A model generated the notes under the pieces. That model was not told where the DNA came from, did not search any database, and saw only the letters and a program-made list of their open reading frames with translations. From IMG/VR virus record IMGVR_UViG_3300008110_000430, positions 1-28,435 of that record: DNA of 28,435 nucleotides; one strand, given 5' to 3'. Numbering within the stretch: position 1 is the stretch's first letter; every line of letters starts with the position of its first letter. This document shows positions 7,997 to 15,655 of the stretch, piece after piece. The translations under genes were made by a program, and so were the position numbers. The DNA is from a virus. Lineage: Duplodnaviria; Caudoviricetes.

Positions 7997-8711
7997 GCGG
8001 TTATTTTTTGATATCGAAACTTCACCCAATTTGGGTTTGTTTTGGTCAGCAGGTTATAAACAACAGATAGATTACTCAAACATAATAAAAGAAAGAGCAA
8101 TCATTTGTATTTGTTATAAGTGGGAAGATGAAAAGGAAGTTTATGGATTGAATTGGGACAGGAAGCAGGATGATAAAAAAATGCTGCAGCAGTTCATTGA
8201 GGTATCTAATCAGGCAACTGAATTAGTTGGGCATAACGGAGATAAATTTGATTTGGCATGGATTAGAACGAGATGTTTATTTCATGGTATTGATATGTTT
8301 CCAACATATACAACTATTGATACTTTGAAAATTGCAAGGTCAAAATTTAGATTTAACTCCAATAGGCTCAACTACATTGCGAGTTATTTAGGCATAGGTA
8401 AAAAGATAAAGACTGAGTTTGATCTGTGGAAATCAATACTTCTGGATAACGATAGTATTGCAATGGGTAAAATGTTAAAGTATTGCAAACAGGATGTGGT
8501 ACTTTTAGAAAAGGTTTTTAAGCATTTAAATAACCATATTGAACCGAAAAGTCATTATGGAGTTATATTTGGTGCTGACAGAGGAAGTTGCCCTGAATGT
8601 GGATCAGATGATCTAATCATTCAGCAGAGAAAAACAACAGCATCAGGAATTAAGAAAATTGTATATCAATGTAAAACCTGTTTTAAATTTCACAGAAAAA
8701 CTGACAAATAA
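7980..8711 (+). CDS. RNase H-like 3'-5' exonuclease with C-terminal zinc ribbon
   Basis: FFDIETS, GHNGDKFD, IDTLK, YCKQDV; CPEC...CKTC. Confidence 0.85.
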   Translation: MPTKRRRLFFDIETSPNLGLFWSAGYKQQIDYSNIIKERAIICICYKWEDEKEVYGLNWDRKQDDKKMLQQFIEVSNQATELVGHNGDKFDLAWIRTRCLFHGIDMFPTYTTIDTLKIARSKFRFNSNRLNYIASYLGIGKKIKTEFDLWKSILLDNDSIAMGKMLKYCKQDVVLLEKVFKHLNNHIEPKSHYGVIFGADRGSCPECGSDDLIIQQRKTTASGIKKIVYQCKTCFKFHRKTDK

Positions 8712-8902
8712 TGTTACCTAAAAAAATAAATAAAATGAGCATTGAAGAACAGGAAGTGTATTTGATTAAGAAAATGCAGGAGTTGTACAGGAAAGAGGAA
8801 ATTTATAGAAGAGCATTGGCAAAGGTGAGAGGTAATCATAAAATAGATTTGTCAGATTTAGAAAGACCAGATTTATTGGAAATGAAAGGTGAACAGAATT
8901 AA
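8711..8902 (+). CDS. Hypothetical protein
   Basis: TAATG coupling to the upstream gene. Confidence 0.65.
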   Translation: MLPKKINKMSIEEQEVYLIKKMQELYRKEEIYRRALAKVRGNHKIDLSDLERPDLLEMKGEQN

Positions 8903-9161
8903 AGTTAAATATCGCAAACTTGGCAAACATAAAGTCTGGGGATTCTCAGACAGTTCTGGTTTTGTTGAGTTGGATGCAACTTTAAAAGGGAAAAAGGCAT
9001 TAGAGATACTGCTCCATGAATGTCTGCATTTACTTTATCCTGCTGACACAGAAGATGAAATTGTAAATAAAAGTATAATTTTGACAAATACTGTTTGGCA
9101 TGAAAAGTACAGAAAGATAGATGACAAAGAGGATATCCCAATGCAAGATGGTACATTATGA
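8889..9161 (+). CDS. Small HExxH metallopeptidase-like protein
   Basis: ILLHECLHLL followed by a downstream Glu. Confidence 0.6.
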   Translation: MNRIKVKYRKLGKHKVWGFSDSSGFVELDATLKGKKALEILLHECLHLLYPADTEDEIVNKSIILTNTVWHEKYRKIDDKEDIPMQDGTL

Positions 9162-9424
9162 AAAAACATACACAGATATACATGAAATATTTTGGTTATG
9201 GAGTTGATGATTTCATTGGCTGTGAAGTATGCGGTAATAAAGCTGTTGACATTCACCATATTGATTGTAGGGGTATGGGTGGCAGCAAAGATAAAGACAC
9301 GATCGAAAACCTGATGGCAGTCTGTAGGATGTGCCATGAAAAGTATGGTGACAAAAAGGAATACACAGAGTTATTAAAAGAAACCCACAGGAGGTTTATA
9401 GATATTTATGGCAAAATGTACTGA
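9158..9424 (+). CDS. HNH endonuclease
   Basis: CEVC..AVDIHHI...GG...ENLMAVCRMCH. Confidence 0.85.
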   Translation: MKKHTQIYMKYFGYGVDDFIGCEVCGNKAVDIHHIDCRGMGGSKDKDTIENLMAVCRMCHEKYGDKKEYTELLKETHRRFIDIYGKMY

Positions 9425-9938
9425 CAAAGAATTTCTGGAAACAGAATTAAAAATGGGGGTTAGCTTAGATAATCCTGCATTCATGGACTTGGCAAGAAAT
9501 ACAGTTGCTCAACTCAATGGATATGGTGCGAGTATTCTGGATTATGGTTGCGGAGTCGGAGCATACAGTAAAGCAGCAATTGATCATGGATTCAAAGTTT
9601 ATGCATTCGAGAAGTTTAAGAGCCATAAAGACTATTTAAAGAAAAATTTACCTGAATTAAAGTTAGTTACCAAACTGCCCAAAACAGATATTCTCATGTT
9701 CATTGAAACAGCAGAACACATGACTGATGATGAAATAAAAGGCATTTTTCAGCAGATCAATCCAATATGGATTCTGTTCAGCAGTACAAGTGTAGAAACT
9801 TTTAATGATGAAATGTGGGGGCATATAAACGTAAAAGATCAAAAAGATTGGGATGAGTTCTTTTTGCAGTTAGGGTATAGGGTACACAAACAGGTATCAT
9901 TACCTACAGAATGGTCAAAGATTTATCAATTGATGTAA
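9408..9938 (+). CDS. Class I SAM-dependent methyltransferase
   Basis: ILDYGCGVG motif I, ETAEHM, GHINVK; no DNA-methyltransferase catalytic motif. Confidence 0.8.
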   Translation: MAKCTDKEFLETELKMGVSLDNPAFMDLARNTVAQLNGYGASILDYGCGVGAYSKAAIDHGFKVYAFEKFKSHKDYLKKNLPELKLVTKLPKTDILMFIETAEHMTDDEIKGIFQQINPIWILFSSTSVETFNDEMWGHINVKDQKDWDEFFLQLGYRVHKQVSLPTEWSKIYQLM

Positions 9939-9939
9939 G

Positions 9940-10062
9940 ATGAAAAAAGGATCAGCAGATAAAATAAAAGTTACCTTTGGCAAACGTAAAAAGGGAAAGG
10001 CAAAAAGAGCCTTTAATAAACATGACAGAAAAGAAAGAACATATAGGGGACAAGGTAGGTAG
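9940..10062 (+). CDS. Small highly basic protein ending YRGQGR
   Basis: 40 aa MKKGSADKIKVTFGKRKKGKAKRAFNKHDRKERTYRGQGR; not in ORF track. Confidence 0.65.
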   Translation: MKKGSADKIKVTFGKRKKGKAKRAFNKHDRKERTYRGQGR

Positions 10063-10471
10063 ACCTACAAAGTACAAAGAGGACTTCTGCAATATGCTAA
10101 TTGAGCACATGGCAGAGGGTTATTCCTTTGATTCATTTGCAGGAATTGTGGAGGTTCATATTGATACTTTGTACGAATGGGCGAAAGTGCACAAAGAATT
10201 TTCCGATGCCAAACATATAGGGACTGCAAAATCAATGGCATGGTGGGAGAAAGTTGGGAGAATGGGGATGATCAATGAGATACCATTTTTTAATGATAGG
10301 ATATGGAGGCTGAACATGATTAACAGATTTAGGAATCAATGGTCAGATGGTACAAAGAACGAAAACAACGATAAAGTAAAAACTGAAATAGTTGTCAAAT
10401 ACGGAAATAAACCAGATAGACCTGTGGCTGCCGATAGCACATCAGACTCAACAGAAAGTTCTGGACTGTGA
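10022..10471 (+). CDS. terS: Terminase small subunit
   Basis: GRPTKY...HTH with TLYEWAKVHKEFSDA; directly upstream of terL; ATG 10022. Confidence 0.75.
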   Translation: MTEKKEHIGDKVGRPTKYKEDFCNMLIEHMAEGYSFDSFAGIVEVHIDTLYEWAKVHKEFSDAKHIGTAKSMAWWEKVGRMGMINEIPFFNDRIWRLNMINRFRNQWSDGTKNENNDKVKTEIVVKYGNKPDRPVAADSTSDSTESSGL

Positions 10472-11576
10472 TGCGAGGTTCATTGTTTTAATGTGTGGTA
10501 GAAGGTGGGGGAAGAGTGTAATCAGTCAGTCATTAGCAATTGAGAATGCCCTGCATGGAAAACTTGTAGCTTATATCACTCCTACATATGGTTTAGCAAA
10601 AATCTTTTATGAGGAAATAGGGAACAGGTTAGATGCTGTTATTGCATCAGGGAATAAGTCAGATTTAGTCTTTAATTTTTTTTCAGGTGGATCAATCAGG
10701 TTCTTTACAGGTGAGAGGTTAGATAATTTGAGGGGACAGAAATTCCACATGGCTATTATTGATGAGGCATCATACATTCCTAATCTTGAACATGGTTGGC
10801 TGAATGCCATCAGACCTACCCTCACAGATTTCAGAGGTAAAGCAATATTCCTGTCAACTCCCAAAGGGCAGAATTACTTCTATTCCCTGTACATGAAGTC
10901 AGGGGAAAATGGTTGGCAGAGTTTCAAATTCACTACATATGATAACCCTCATATCAATCCAGAGGAAATAGATGATGCCAGAACGCAACTTCCCCCTGCA
11001 GTATTTGAGCAGGAGTATATGGCGAATCCTATGGAGAATGCCTCCAATCCATTTGGTAGTCAGTTCATAAAGCAATGCACAAAACCAATGAGTGCCTCTG
11101 AGCCTCTTTATTTTGGCATAGATTTGGCTAAGTCTGTGGATTGGACTGTTATTATTGGTTTGGATCAAAATGGCAATGTTAGCCTTCTAAAACGTTTCCA
11201 GAGGGATTGGGGCAGCACAAAGCAGGAAATTCTAAACCTACCCAGAAAACCAATAGTCATTGACTCCACAGGTGTGGGTGATCCTATTTATGAAGATTTG
11301 CTTAGACAAGGTATTAATATTCAGGGAGTTAAGTTTACAAGTCAATCCAAACAGCAACTGATGATGGGGTTACAGACTGCCATACAAACAGGAAGGATCG
11401 GTTTTCCTGAGGGGATCATCACTCAGGAGTTAGAAATCTTTGAGTACCAATATACTCCAACAGGGGTTAAATATTCTGCACCATCTGGTTTCCATGATGA
11501 CTGTGTCATGGCTCTTGCACTTGCATGGCATAACATGAACTTTAAGGCAGGTTCTGGAAAATACAATTTTCTTTAA
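10392..11576 (+). CDS. terL: Terminase large subunit
   Basis: Walker A GRRWGKS, Walker B AIIDEA, STPKG, nuclease GIDLA and HDDCVMALALA; start codon uncertain. Confidence 0.95.
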   Translation: MSNTEINQIDLWLPIAHQTQQKVLDCDARFIVLMCGRRWGKSVISQSLAIENALHGKLVAYITPTYGLAKIFYEEIGNRLDAVIASGNKSDLVFNFFSGGSIRFFTGERLDNLRGQKFHMAIIDEASYIPNLEHGWLNAIRPTLTDFRGKAIFLSTPKGQNYFYSLYMKSGENGWQSFKFTTYDNPHINPEEIDDARTQLPPAVFEQEYMANPMENASNPFGSQFIKQCTKPMSASEPLYFGIDLAKSVDWTVIIGLDQNGNVSLLKRFQRDWGSTKQEILNLPRKPIVIDSTGVGDPIYEDLLRQGINIQGVKFTSQSKQQLMMGLQTAIQTGRIGFPEGIITQELEIFEYQYTPTGVKYSAPSGFHDDCVMALALAWHNMNFKAGSGKYNFL

Positions 11577-11594
11577 AAAAAAGTTTATAAAATA

Positions 11595-11660
11595 TTTGGT
11601 GGAATTAAAAAAAGGTTTATATTTGTGTAGTCGTTATGACAATCACAAAAAACCACTATT
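11595..11660 (+). promoter_or_regulatory. Early promoter plus leader motif
   Basis: TTTG-N19-TATATTTG (11618-11625); AAAACCACTATT-ATG. Confidence 0.8.
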
Positions 11661-11966
11661 ATGAACAAGCCTAACGTTAGCGAAATCGGAAAGTACATCA
11701 ACAAGTATTATTATTCAGATGTTGAACCAATGGGTAAGATCATTGGAATTAAAGGTTCAAAGTACATTGTTCAGGAAATCAAAGCTGAAAAACAGACTAA
11801 GAAATTAGAGTGGGTTTCAGGTGGATTTGCAGGACATTGTGTGAATCAACAGGAACAAGAGTGGGAGTTCATCCTGACTGAAAACATCTTTGAACACAGG
11901 ATATTAAAGAACAGCAGAGAGAGAATCTCAAATCATCCTGTTAAATATTATGATTACAATTTTTAA
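11661..11966 (+). CDS. Hypothetical early protein
   Basis: Own promoter and terminator; GGFAGHC and YYDYNF motifs. Confidence 0.8.
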   Translation: MNKPNVSEIGKYINKYYYSDVEPMGKIIGIKGSKYIVQEIKAEKQTKKLEWVSGGFAGHCVNQQEQEWEFILTENIFEHRILKNSRERISNHPVKYYDYNF

Positions 11967-11996
11967 AAAGGGGGAGAAATTCCCCTTTATTTTTTT
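11967..11996 (+). terminator. Rho-independent terminator
   Basis: AAAGGGGGA-gaaat-TCCCCTTT followed by a T tract. Confidence 0.7.
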
Positions 11997-12047
11997 GGTA
12001 GATATAAAAATATGTTTATCTTTAATGTACAAATAAAACCACTTATT
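11994..12047 (+). promoter_or_regulatory. Early promoter plus leader motif
   Basis: TTTG-N19-TATCTTTA; AAAACCACTTATT-ATG 12048. Confidence 0.75.
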
Positions 12048-12653
12048 ATGAAACAAGACAATTTTTACAAGTATTTCCCAACTGCAGAAGAGGTAGCTAA
12101 ATTTGAAGAGCATTGCAGGTATGAAGATGATCAGTACAGAAAGAATGCTGATTATCGGATGCAAAATTATTACAATTGTGTAGATGATTATTCATGGGGA
12201 GGGATTTGTGATCAAATAGCAGATCGAGCAAAGAGAGAAAGAGATGCTGATTTGAGTTTATTGAAGGAGCAATTAAAACTTGGAAAAGCTATTTCTGATC
12301 AACAGCATTGTTCGATTCTGGTTGATGCCGAAACTAAACAAATAGTTTCAGATAGGATCGTAAAAGGTAAATTTGGTGATTGTTGGATCATAAAGAATGG
12401 CAATGATGTTAAATTTGTCAGTGTTGCAAAAAAGCAATCTACCTATCAGAAAAAAGGGTATTTAGTTTTCACTAAACGTTATCATTTTGAGTATTATGGA
12501 TATTTTTCAAAAGGGGTAAAGATTCAATTAAGAATCATTAAAACTGATATTTTAGAGGAATTGCCAGAATATCAAAGCACTTATCTTTCTCAGGATTTAT
12601 ACTTTGCAATTAAAAATAAAGAGCATGAAATGCAGGATCAAATTCCTGCTTAA
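12048..12653 (+). CDS. Hypothetical early protein
   Basis: Start set by the leader motif; DDYSWGG and GKFGDCW motifs. Confidence 0.8.
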   Translation: MKQDNFYKYFPTAEEVAKFEEHCRYEDDQYRKNADYRMQNYYNCVDDYSWGGICDQIADRAKRERDADLSLLKEQLKLGKAISDQQHCSILVDAETKQIVSDRIVKGKFGDCWIIKNGNDVKFVSVAKKQSTYQKKGYLVFTKRYHFEYYGYFSKGVKIQLRIIKTDILEELPEYQSTYLSQDLYFAIKNKEHEMQDQIPA

Positions 12654-12656
12654 TTT

Positions 12657-12706
12657 TTTGGTTTATTTAAAATTATGTTTATCTTTGTTATATAAAAATC
12701 ACCATT
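12657..12706 (+). promoter_or_regulatory. Early promoter plus variant leader motif
   Basis: TTTG-N19-TATCTTTG; AAAATCACCATT-ATG. Confidence 0.75.
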
Positions 12707-13000
12707 ATGAAAAAAATCACTTTAGCGACAATCAAAAGTTTCCTCAAGAAAAACGAAGGCAAAATCTTCATCAAAACTAAATCAGACTTTAATGGTCATA
12801 CTGACTGTGTCGAACAGGTTCAGGATCATTTCAAGTTGGCAAAGCAGGTTGAAAACTCCAAATATACTTTGGGTGTTGGTGGGGCATGGTTTGTGGGAAG
12901 TTCAAGAGATAGATTCGAAAACTTCGAGAATGAGATTTACTCAGGATATGAAGTCTGGAATTGCTGCGGAAGTTTCATCATTGCAAAACCTAAAAACTAA
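12707..13000 (+). CDS. Hypothetical early protein
   Basis: MKKITLATIKSF...GAWFVGSSRD...NCCGSF. Confidence 0.8.
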   Translation: MKKITLATIKSFLKKNEGKIFIKTKSDFNGHTDCVEQVQDHFKLAKQVENSKYTLGVGGAWFVGSSRDRFENFENEIYSGYEVWNCCGSFIIAKPKN

Positions 13001-13004
13001 CAAC

Positions 13005-13091
13005 ATGAAAAAGGAAAACTTAAATTTAATTTTAGCTTTATTGATCGGTGCAATCATTATTGGATTAATTCAAGATAACTACTGTTTATGA
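13005..13091 (+). CDS. Small membrane peptide (28 aa)
   Basis: MKKENLNLILALLIGAIIIGLIQDNYCL; ATGA-coupled to the next gene. Confidence 0.6.
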   Translation: MKKENLNLILALLIGAIIIGLIQDNYCL

Positions 13092-13387
13092 AACTGCATA
13101 ACAAAGATGTCATAATTGACTTGCTCACAAATAAAGAGCATTTAAGAGATAACGATCAGGCATTGATTGCGAACATATGGTGGCGAGAATTAGTCACACA
13201 GGGCAAAGACAAATCAACTGCCTTTGAAATGCTTAAAGTATTCTCTGAAGGTAAGCTGTCTAATCCTGAATCAATCAGGAGGTCAAGGCAAAAGATACAG
13301 GAAGAACAACCTGAATTAAGGGGTGAAAGCTACAGAGCAAGACACAGAGAACAAGATAATGTTAAAGAACAATTAGGTTATAATTAA
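13088..13387 (+). CDS. Hypothetical protein
   Basis: LRDND..LIA.IW and ESIRRSRQKIQE motifs. Confidence 0.75.
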   Translation: MKLHNKDVIIDLLTNKEHLRDNDQALIANIWWRELVTQGKDKSTAFEMLKVFSEGKLSNPESIRRSRQKIQEEQPELRGESYRARHREQDNVKEQLGYN

Positions 13388-13418
13388 AACTTTTGTTATA
13401 TTTGTAAAAACCACTATT
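13373..13418 (+). promoter_or_regulatory. Early promoter plus leader motif
   Basis: TTAG-N20-TATATTTG (13397-13404); AAAAACCACTATT-ATG. Confidence 0.7.
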
Positions 13419-13616
13419 ATGAAATTAGAACTTGAAAAAGAAACAGATTATTTAGGGAGAATAAAATTTACAGTATGGTTAGAACTACATAAACAAATTG
13501 GAAGAAAATGCTGTAAAGTAACTGAATCCGAAGATGAAGCAATGAAGGAATTTGATAGATTAGCTGAAAGAATAACTAATCCCAAAAGAGAAATTATAAA
13601 ACAAATAGAAATATGA
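13419..13616 (+). CDS. Hypothetical early protein
   Basis: 65 aa; follows the leader motif. Confidence 0.7.
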   Translation: MKLELEKETDYLGRIKFTVWLELHKQIGRKCCKVTESEDEAMKEFDRLAERITNPKREIIKQIEI

Positions 13617-13819
13617 TCGGTGAACTATTGAGAAAAACAAGACAAGAGCAAAATCTAACCCAGAAACAATTAGCTGAGAAATCAGGCATCAGCTTTGTTT
13701 CAATAAACAGAATTGAAAATGGCAATCCACCCAGACTTTCAGTTATTACAAAAATCTTCTCTGCAATGGGCAAAGAGGTATCAATCAACATTACTGACTC
13801 AACTCAAGTGGTTGGTTAA
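13613..13819 (+). CDS. XRE-family HTH transcriptional regulator
   Basis: LRKTRQEQNLTQKQLAEKSGISFVSINRIENG. Confidence 0.9.
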   Translation: MIGELLRKTRQEQNLTQKQLAEKSGISFVSINRIENGNPPRLSVITKIFSAMGKEVSINITDSTQVVG

Positions 13820-13820
13820 G

Positions 13821-13919
13821 GTGATTTGGTTTCCTATATCTTTATTGATATGTTTTCCTATTGTTGCTGTAGGTTTGTATTATGCATTTATGGAATGGTA
13901 TGATAAAATTCACTATTAA
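13821..13919 (+). CDS. Small membrane peptide
   Basis: GTG just after the XRE stop; IWFPISLLICFPIVAVGLYYAF; TAATG-coupled to the next gene. Confidence 0.45.
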   Translation: MIWFPISLLICFPIVAVGLYYAFMEWYDKIHY

Positions 13920-14578
13920 TGACTTGGCAAGATATTAACGTATTTCAGTTTCAGCAGATAGTAAAAGCAAGAGAGGAAAAAGACTCTATTGAAAGAGATA
14001 GTAAATTAATTGCAATCATTAATGGATGGGGTGAAATGCAGGTTGACTCTTTGACTGTTGAAGATTATAATAAAGAAAGAGCAAAGCTAAAATTTCTGGA
14101 TGAAGATATAACAGGAAAGGCTGTTAACTACATAACCATAAATAAAAACAGGTATCAATGCATTTATGATGTCAGAAAAATAAATGCAGCCAGATATATT
14201 GAAAGCAAAACATTTGCTCAGGAACTTATACCTAACCTTCATAAAATTGCAGCATCATTAGTTCATCCAATGAAAAATACTTTATTTGGTTGGAGGCTTG
14301 ACAAATACGATGCAGCCAAACATGAGCAATATTCTCAGGATATGTTGGAGGCAAGATTTGTAGATGTTTATCATTCCGTTGTTTTTTTTTATCATGTCTA
14401 CAGAAATTGGATGGAGGTTTCAAAGGCTTATTTGATAGCGGAGATGGGGAGGCAGGGAATTACGAACCCAGAAAAGGCGGTAGCCGATTTATTGAATATT
14501 ATGGATGGCAGTATTGTACCAAAACTGTTGCCGACCACGAAAATATCACAGTTACAGAAGCATATGAATTACCAATAA
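13919..14578 (+). CDS. Tail assembly chaperone-like protein (zero-frame product)
   Basis: First gene of the tail block; slippery GTT TTT TTT TAT at 14381-14392. Confidence 0.6.
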   Translation: MTWQDINVFQFQQIVKAREEKDSIERDSKLIAIINGWGEMQVDSLTVEDYNKERAKLKFLDEDITGKAVNYITINKNRYQCIYDVRKINAARYIESKTFAQELIPNLHKIAASLVHPMKNTLFGWRLDKYDAAKHEQYSQDMLEARFVDVYHSVVFFYHVYRNWMEVSKAYLIAEMGRQGITNPEKAVADLLNIMDGSIVPKLLPTTKISQLQKHMNYQ

Positions 14579-14640
14579 TTCACTATCTTAATACTTTGGC
14601 ATATTTGAAAGCAGAAAGGGATTTTAAAAAGAACGGATAA
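14383..14640 (+). CDS. -1 frameshift extension of the tail chaperone
   Basis: -1 frame open from the T9 run (FFLSCLQKLDGGF...YYGWQY...LNTLAYLK); no ATG of its own. Confidence 0.65.
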   Translation, partial: FFLSCLQKLDGGFKGLFDSGDGEAGNYEPRKGGSRFIEYYGWQYCTKTVADHENITVTEAYELPIIHYLNTLAYLKAERDFKKNG

Positions 14641-14874
14641 ATGGAAATAGAAATCTTATATCATACAGATACCACAAAGATGCTCAAAGATTTGGACATG
14701 GAATTTAATTGGGATGATCTGGATAGGGTTATGGCATATTTCTGCAATATAGATGTAATCCTGCCATATGTCAGAGATGGTGTTGAGTATACAGAGATTC
14801 ATGTTGGAAATCATACTTATATCAGCACAGTACCTTATTTGTTGTTAAAGAAAGTTTTAATTCAATTACAATAG
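14641..14874 (+). CDS. Hypothetical protein
   Basis: 77-aa ORF beginning immediately after the stop at 14640. Confidence 0.65.
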   Translation: MEIEILYHTDTTKMLKDLDMEFNWDDLDRVMAYFCNIDVILPYVRDGVEYTEIHVGNHTYISTVPYLLLKKVLIQLQ

Positions 14875-14897
14875 CTTTTTTTCATAGCGGTTGGTTT

Positions 14898-14926
14898 ACC
14901 CTGTCTTTTTAGGCAGGGTTTTTTTT
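14898..14926 (+). terminator. Rho-independent terminator
   Basis: ACCCTGTCT-tttt-AGGCAGGGT followed by a T tract. Confidence 0.8.
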
Positions 14927-14930
14927 GCCA

Positions 14931-14959
14931 GATATTTTCCCAGATTTAACTCATTTATA
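14931..14959 (+). promoter_or_regulatory. Putative phage late promoter
   Basis: GATATTT-N14-CATTTATA, 3 nt before GTG 14963, immediately after a terminator. Confidence 0.6.
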
Positions 14960-14962
14960 ATT

Positions 14963-15655
14963 GTGAATAGACAACAGGCAGAATTTGTTAGAGAAAGATT
15001 TCTGAGCAGGTTTTCAGGTCAATATCAAAAAATTGATCCTGATAAATTCCCTGTATTGGAGCAGATTCTTTTTGCTGCAGGTTTGGAGTTCAATGATACA
15101 GTAAGAAAGAATTTAGAAAAAGCAGGGGCAATAGCATCTGGGGCATTGGCAGATGTATCTGTACCACAGGTTGCGAGAACAGGTGAGTTATATCAATTGT
15201 CTGTGGGTTATCCTATAGGATCAAAGCAAATGAAATACTTTGATTTTATCAATAAGGGTGTTAAGGGTGTAGGTGGCAAAGATGCAAAACCGAAAAGAAA
15301 CTCTGGACAATATACATTTAAAAGCAAAAGACCATCCTATTTCATGGCTAATGCGATTGCCAGATGGTTAGCAAATGCCAGAAAAAAGATTGCTGCAGAT
15401 AGGGTAGATTTGAGCAAGGTGGCAAAAAAGAATAGGAGTCTTTCCAATATTGTAGATGCTGCAAAAAGTCGAAAGAGTTTGAGTTTTGCGATTGCATCAG
15501 CAATTAAAAGAGATGGTATAAGGGCAACATATTATTTTGACAGAGCAGTAAATCAGGTATTTAATAAAGACTTTCAGGAGGCTTTACAGGTAGCTTTGGG
15601 AGCAGATATAGTAATACAAATAAGGCAAGAATATGGCAATAACAATAACAGATAG
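14963..15655 (+). CDS. Neck / tail-completion protein (HK97 gp10-like, putative)
   Basis: ASGALADV, YFDFINKGVKG, SLSFAIASAIKRDGIRAT; start moved past the terminator. Confidence 0.55.
   Translation: MNRQQAEFVRERFLSRFSGQYQKIDPDKFPVLEQILFAAGLEFNDTVRKNLEKAGAIASGALADVSVPQVARTGELYQLSVGYPIGSKQMKYFDFINKGVKGVGGKDAKPKRNSGQYTFKSKRPSYFMANAIARWLANARKKIAADRVDLSKVAKKNRSLSNIVDAAKSRKSLSFAIASAIKRDGIRATYYFDRAVNQVFNKDFQEALQVALGADIVIQIRQEYGNNNNR

Noticed and set aside
9158-9424. HNH as a mobile homing endonuclease or intron
   Set aside because: Small free-standing HNH near the terminase with no interrupted gene; more consistent with a packaging-associated HNH
9408-9938. DNA methyltransferase
   Set aside because: No DPPY/NPPY or PC catalytic motif; looks like a small-molecule or sugar methyltransferase
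12792-13004. Long N-terminal part of ORF 12792-13091
   Set aside because: Overlaps gene 12707-13000 out of frame; ATG 13005 is the more plausible start
13613-13819. Lysogeny repressor implying a temperate lifestyle
   Set aside because: HTH only, with no peptidase domain, divergent cro, integrase or att site in the window; lifestyle undetermined
14891-14962. N-terminal extension of ORF 14891-15655
   Set aside because: Spans a terminator and the late-promoter motif; GTG 14963 preferred
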